DNA of 64,000 bases, from the NCBI GenBank assembly GCA_041752695.1, contig JBGSVZ010000085.1, positions 1 through 64,000 of the forward strand, given 5' to 3'. Within the stretch, counting starts at the first letter, position 1; every line of letters begins with the position of its first letter. The DNA is from Terrimicrobiaceae bacterium. GTDB lineage: Bacteria > Verrucomicrobiota > Verrucomicrobiia > Chthoniobacterales > Terrimicrobiaceae. Below the pieces are notes generated by a model. It searched no databases. It saw nothing but the letters and a program-made list of their open reading frames with translations, and was not told the DNA's origin. The position numbers and the translations under genes are program-made. Shown in pieces: positions 60,489-64,000 of the stretch.

Positions 60489-61568
60489 TCAACGCCGGTT
60501 CGAGTGGGTGGAGGAACTGATGCCGCGCAGGGCCCGGCGCAGTTCCTGCGGATTGTCGCTGGAGGCCATGGCGGTCTCTTCGCTGATGCGTCCCGCCTTC
60601 ACCAGACTAACCAACGAGGTAATGAACTGCGCCGCGGAACGCCCGTCGCCACGCGCCAGAAGGTCCTGGAGTTCGGTGAGCCGTCCCTCATCGATGTATT
60701 TGCGCGCCGCCGCGATGTTCGTAAAAAACTCAATCGCGAGGGCAAGCCCTCCATCCGTGGCGGGAAGCAGCCGCTGGCACATGATGCCCAGAAGTTGCGC
60801 CGAAAGCGTGCGCCGCACCGACTCGTGGTCCGTGGTGGGAAAAAAGAGCTGCATCCGTTCCACCGCCTCCGAACACGTGGAAGAATGCAACGTGGCCAGA
60901 ACGAGGTGTCCCGTCTCCGCCGCCTGGATGGCGGTCTGCGCGGTGAGGGAGTCCCGGATTTCCCCCAAAAAAATCACGTCGGGATTCTGGCGCAGCGAGC
61001 GACGCAACCCCTCGGCAAACGTGGGCGTGTCGATACCCACTTCACGCTGGGTAAAAAGGCACTGCCGGGGCGTGAAAATGTATTCGACCGGGTCCTCAAT
61101 CGTCACGACGTGGCGGATGAAATTCTGATTCGCCCACTCCAGCATGGCGGCCATGGTCGTGCTCTTGCCGGATCCCGTGGGACCGCACACCAGCACGATT
61201 CCGGCCTTGCGCCCCATCCAGTCGCGCAGGAGGTCGGCGGGGAGACCGAGATTTTCCAGATTCGGAATGTCACTGCGGATGCGCCGCAATACCGCCGCGC
61301 GCCGACCGAGCTGGCGGAGCAGATTCACGCGAAACCGGGATCCGGCAGGCGTGGTAAGGCTGGTGTCGAAATCCTGCTGTTCCACCGGCACCTCACACGC
61401 TTTCCACAAAGCATCAAAAAACTCGGAGGTCAGCGGCGGAAAATCGAGGACAGTGAGATTGCCGTTGATCCGCAACTGGGGCGGTCGACCTTCATGAAGC
61501 AGGAGATCCGAGGCGCCATACTCGACGGCCGCGGCGCAGAGCGTTTCCATTTCCGGGGAGAGGGGCAT
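60489..61568 (-). CDS. PilT/PilU family ATPase (PilU-like paralog)
   Basis: GPTGSGKST, TIEDPVE, LRQNPDVIFLGEIRD, AETGHLV; AIRNLIRE motif diverged to AARKYIDE. Confidence 0.88.
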   Translation of the reverse strand: MPLSPEMETLCAAAVEYGASDLLLHEGRPPQLRINGNLTVLDFPPLTSEFFDALWKACEVPVEQQDFDTSLTTPAGSRFRVNLLRQLGRRAAVLRRIRSDIPNLENLGLPADLLRDWMGRKAGIVLVCGPTGSGKSTTMAAMLEWANQNFIRHVVTIEDPVEYIFTPRQCLFTQREVGIDTPTFAEGLRRSLRQNPDVIFLGEIRDSLTAQTAIQAAETGHLVLATLHSSTCSEAVERMQLFFPTTDHESVRRTLSAQLLGIMCQRLLPATDGGLALAIEFFTNIAAARKYIDEGRLTELQDLLARGDGRSAAQFITSLVSLVKAGRISEETAMASSDNPQELRRALRGISSSTHSNRR

Positions 61569-61722
61569 GACGAAAAAGCTTCTTCGAGGGTCCGCCGCGC
61601 AAAGTCAATCCCCGAGCGGGAATTTGATCACCCCAGGCACCCCGAAAATCAAGCGCAGTAGATCAACCTGCGCGCGGATTCAGTTCGAGAAAACGCGATT
61701 TCGCCCCAACAAAAGATGGAAA

Positions 61723-62388
61723 TTATGGGGCCGACGCCATCCGCCGTCGGGAACGTCGTCCGAGCAATACCGGCAGCGCCGCCGCGACCAGAAAAATCGA
61801 GGAAGGTTCGGGCACCGGACTGAAGGAGAACGAAGTGCCATCGACGAAAAACGACTGGTCGGCGGCACCGAAAAAGATGGTGACGCCATTGAGAGCAGAT
61901 CCAAAGCCCGGCACATAACCGGTGAACTGCGTGATATCGAGCGTGAAAACCGTTTCGGTCGTCACCGGGCCAAGTTGGAGCCCGCCGGAAATCTGTCCCA
62001 AGGTATTGTCGTTGAGAAGCAAACCCAGCACGGGTGTTCCTTCAACGAGGTCTGCGGAGAACTGGAAAAAGGTGTCCGACCCGAGGTCGACCAGAAACCC
62101 GAGATACTCGACCTGGGCGTTGGCCGATCCACTCCCCGGCCCATTGGCATCGACGACAAAAGCACCGTCCAGGACCTCGCTGACGATGGAAAACGTTCCC
62201 GCGGCCTCCACGCTGATCTGCCGGTCGACTTCGGTACCGTCAATATTGAACGTGATGACCGAATTCGGCGGATCCGGAAAGGTCACCGCCCCGGTATCAT
62301 CCAGGAACCCATCGAGCAAAAACTGGGCCGACGCGCCGGTCGGCGCGAGGACCAGAACCGTGATCACCGCAGCAAGGAACGCTTTCAC
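61723..62388 (-). CDS. PEP-CTERM sorting domain surface protein
   Basis: Signal peptide ending ASA; C-terminal VPEPSS, TM helix, RRSRRR. Confidence 0.9.
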   Translation of the reverse strand: MKAFLAAVITVLVLAPTGASAQFLLDGFLDDTGAVTFPDPPNSVITFNIDGTEVDRQISVEAAGTFSIVSEVLDGAFVVDANGPGSGSANAQVEYLGFLVDLGSDTFFQFSADLVEGTPVLGLLLNDNTLGQISGGLQLGPVTTETVFTLDITQFTGYVPGFGSALNGVTIFFGAADQSFFVDGTSFSFSPVPEPSSIFLVAAALPVLLGRRSRRRMASAP

Positions 62389-62628
62389 GCTGGCACGGTA
62401 GCTGCCGCCGGAAAAATGTCAAAATCCCCGCCCAAGGAAAACCTGACTTCCCCGCGGCAAAACCAACGTCGGCAACGACCAACTGGGCATCTTTTTTCGA
62501 GTAACCGACCGACGTCCGGGAAGACACGACCGGCGCGCTGACCGCGATCGCCAAGTCGATCCAGGCGGCGGAACAGGCCGGCGGCGGTATGGCTTGCAGC
62601 CGGAATGCGGGCCCGGTAGCCTTCCTAT

Positions 62629-63678
62629 ATGACTTATCGCTCTTGGCCCAGTGTCATTCTGGTTTTTGTCATGTCGGCGGTAGCCGGCCAGTCGCAGCTC
62701 CGCGCCGCCACCTACACCTTCAGCCACGGCATCGAGCCCCGGCAGCAGTGGAATGAGAATTCCGGCTACTGCGGGGAAACCAGCTTCATCAGCGCGGGTC
62801 TGCACTTCGGCCAGTATTGTTCGCAATTCACTGCCCGCAGTGTCGCCTCGCCGGGCGCGAATCAGACGGATTCGTCCAGTCAGCTCCTGCTGGGGGCCAA
62901 TGACACCGCCGCGGCCCAAGTCATGCGGCTCGCCGCCACGCCATTCCCCAACCGCGGCCAGTGGTCCCCGCGGGAGTTTTTGGAATGGGTGAAAAGGCAG
63001 ACCCTCGCCGGCGAGGTCGTCATCATCGGCGTCTTCAACAACGGGATTATCCTGGAGGAGTGGACCAACCGCACCGGTGGCGACAAGTCCTACGACCACA
63101 TCGTTCCCGTGCTGGAATGGGGATCCGACTCTCCGCTCGACCAGCTGCGGTACTTTCCCAGCGATGTGATAACCATCAGCGACAACGGCCTTTACGGTCC
63201 GGTCGGCACGCCGCCCGAGTTTCCGTTTCTGTTCCCCTACCTTCTGCGGGATTTCCCCGGCAACCGGATTCAGGCCAACGATCCGAGCGGACCCCTCTAC
63301 ATGCTGAAAGACACGCCGAAAAACTACGGCATCGCCATTTCCGGGGTTCTGGACCCCGGGGGAGTCACCATTCCCGTCCGGCTCACGGCCAGCCAAAACG
63401 GCGAACCCGAAATTGCGCACAAAAGCAACGTCCCACCCGTCGCGGAGCCCCTTCAGCTTACCGCTACAGTGACCCTTCCCGACCAAAGCGTGGCCTACAA
63501 ACTTTATTTGTACGACAATTTTGTCAATGTCCCCACCTCCGACTTCAACGGCTCGGCCAGCCTTGCCGTGGAATCTTGGACGATTCCCGCCAACTCGGGC
63601 CCGACGTTCACAGTGGAGTACGAAGGCCTGACGAGCGACACCGTTATATTCCGGGCGGTTCGGGCGGATGCGCCATGA
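62629..63678 (+). CDS. Secreted protein with a possible papain-like Cys-His-Asp triad
   Basis: Signal peptide; QW..NSGYCGE, YDHIV, ISDNG. Confidence 0.6.
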   Translation: MTYRSWPSVILVFVMSAVAGQSQLRAATYTFSHGIEPRQQWNENSGYCGETSFISAGLHFGQYCSQFTARSVASPGANQTDSSSQLLLGANDTAAAQVMRLAATPFPNRGQWSPREFLEWVKRQTLAGEVVIIGVFNNGIILEEWTNRTGGDKSYDHIVPVLEWGSDSPLDQLRYFPSDVITISDNGLYGPVGTPPEFPFLFPYLLRDFPGNRIQANDPSGPLYMLKDTPKNYGIAISGVLDPGGVTIPVRLTASQNGEPEIAHKSNVPPVAEPLQLTATVTLPDQSVAYKLYLYDNFVNVPTSDFNGSASLAVESWTIPANSGPTFTVEYEGLTSDTVIFRAVRADAP

Positions 63679-63703
63679 CACCGGTCGGTGAATGGGGGTG
63701 TGA

Positions 63704-63946
63704 ATGAACCTAATCGCTGGACTCCAATGGCCGGCGCGCCCATCCCCCCCAGATTTCCTCGGCACCGCGCGGAAAAAAATCCTCGTGCAGTTGAAGGAGC
63801 CCCTGCTGATGGAGGGCGCTTTGCAGGAAGCCCTTCGGCTCGGCCTCGCAAATCCACGCGCAGGCTTTTTTCACCCGCACACTGGGACTCGGTCCGGCAA
63901 ACGTTTTGAAAATTTCCCATCCCTTTTCGAGGGGCAGCGAGGGTAG
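63704..63946 (+). CDS. Hypothetical 80-aa ORF (possibly a fragment)
   Basis: ORF only; KKILV...ALQEALRL is faintly like the start of a universal stress protein. Confidence 0.2.
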   Translation: MNLIAGLQWPARPSPPDFLGTARKKILVQLKEPLLMEGALQEALRLGLANPRAGFFHPHTGTRSGKRFENFPSLFEGQRG

Positions 63947-64000
63947 GAGAGCATTGATTACGAGATCCCTTGCCCGCTCATCGCCGATGAGCGCGGCGGG

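Noticed and set aside
62391..62405. sigma-54-like TGGCACGGTAGCTGC on the + strand
   Set aside because: It overlaps the well-spaced sigma70 -10 box of the minus-strand PEP-CTERM gene, and the downstream + gene has its own promoter; probably coincidental
62419..63765. 448-aa minus-strand ORF
   Set aside because: Antisense to the signal-peptide-bearing 62629-63678 gene, which has a well-positioned promoter

Overview
GC-rich bacterial chromosome segment, most likely Verrucomicrobiota (inferred from two PEP-CTERM proteins, the MPVRLGRFEMPK RpoA N-terminus and the gene content). It is mostly housekeeping and metabolic: lysA, ppk1, ppk2-sulP, parB, ligA, a MurNAc-kinase/MurQ fusion, rbsK, rpoA-rplQ, amtB-glnK, livKHMGF, kdsB-pyrG, ftsK and tandem pilT/pilU. 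The most interesting signals are non-coding. (1) A candidate sigma-54-driven small RNA at ~26543-26630 has three CAAGGG motifs at exact 20-nt spacing inside a 15-bp terminal stem, ending in a U-tract. (2) A tRNA-Leu(TAG) gene is cut at the anticodon loop and joined to an integrase att arm (IHF site, arm-type repeats) at 1180-1360, marking the edge of an island that runs off the left end. (3) Three copies of a 32-bp AT-rich palindrome occur, two of them where conserved operons appear broken. (4) Inverted periodic-repeat mini-elements lie between operon genes and in frame inside ftsK. (5) Several genes have a leaderless promoter layout. No CRISPR array, rRNA, integrase or transposase gene was seen. 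All product calls come from motif recognition by eye, not database searches.
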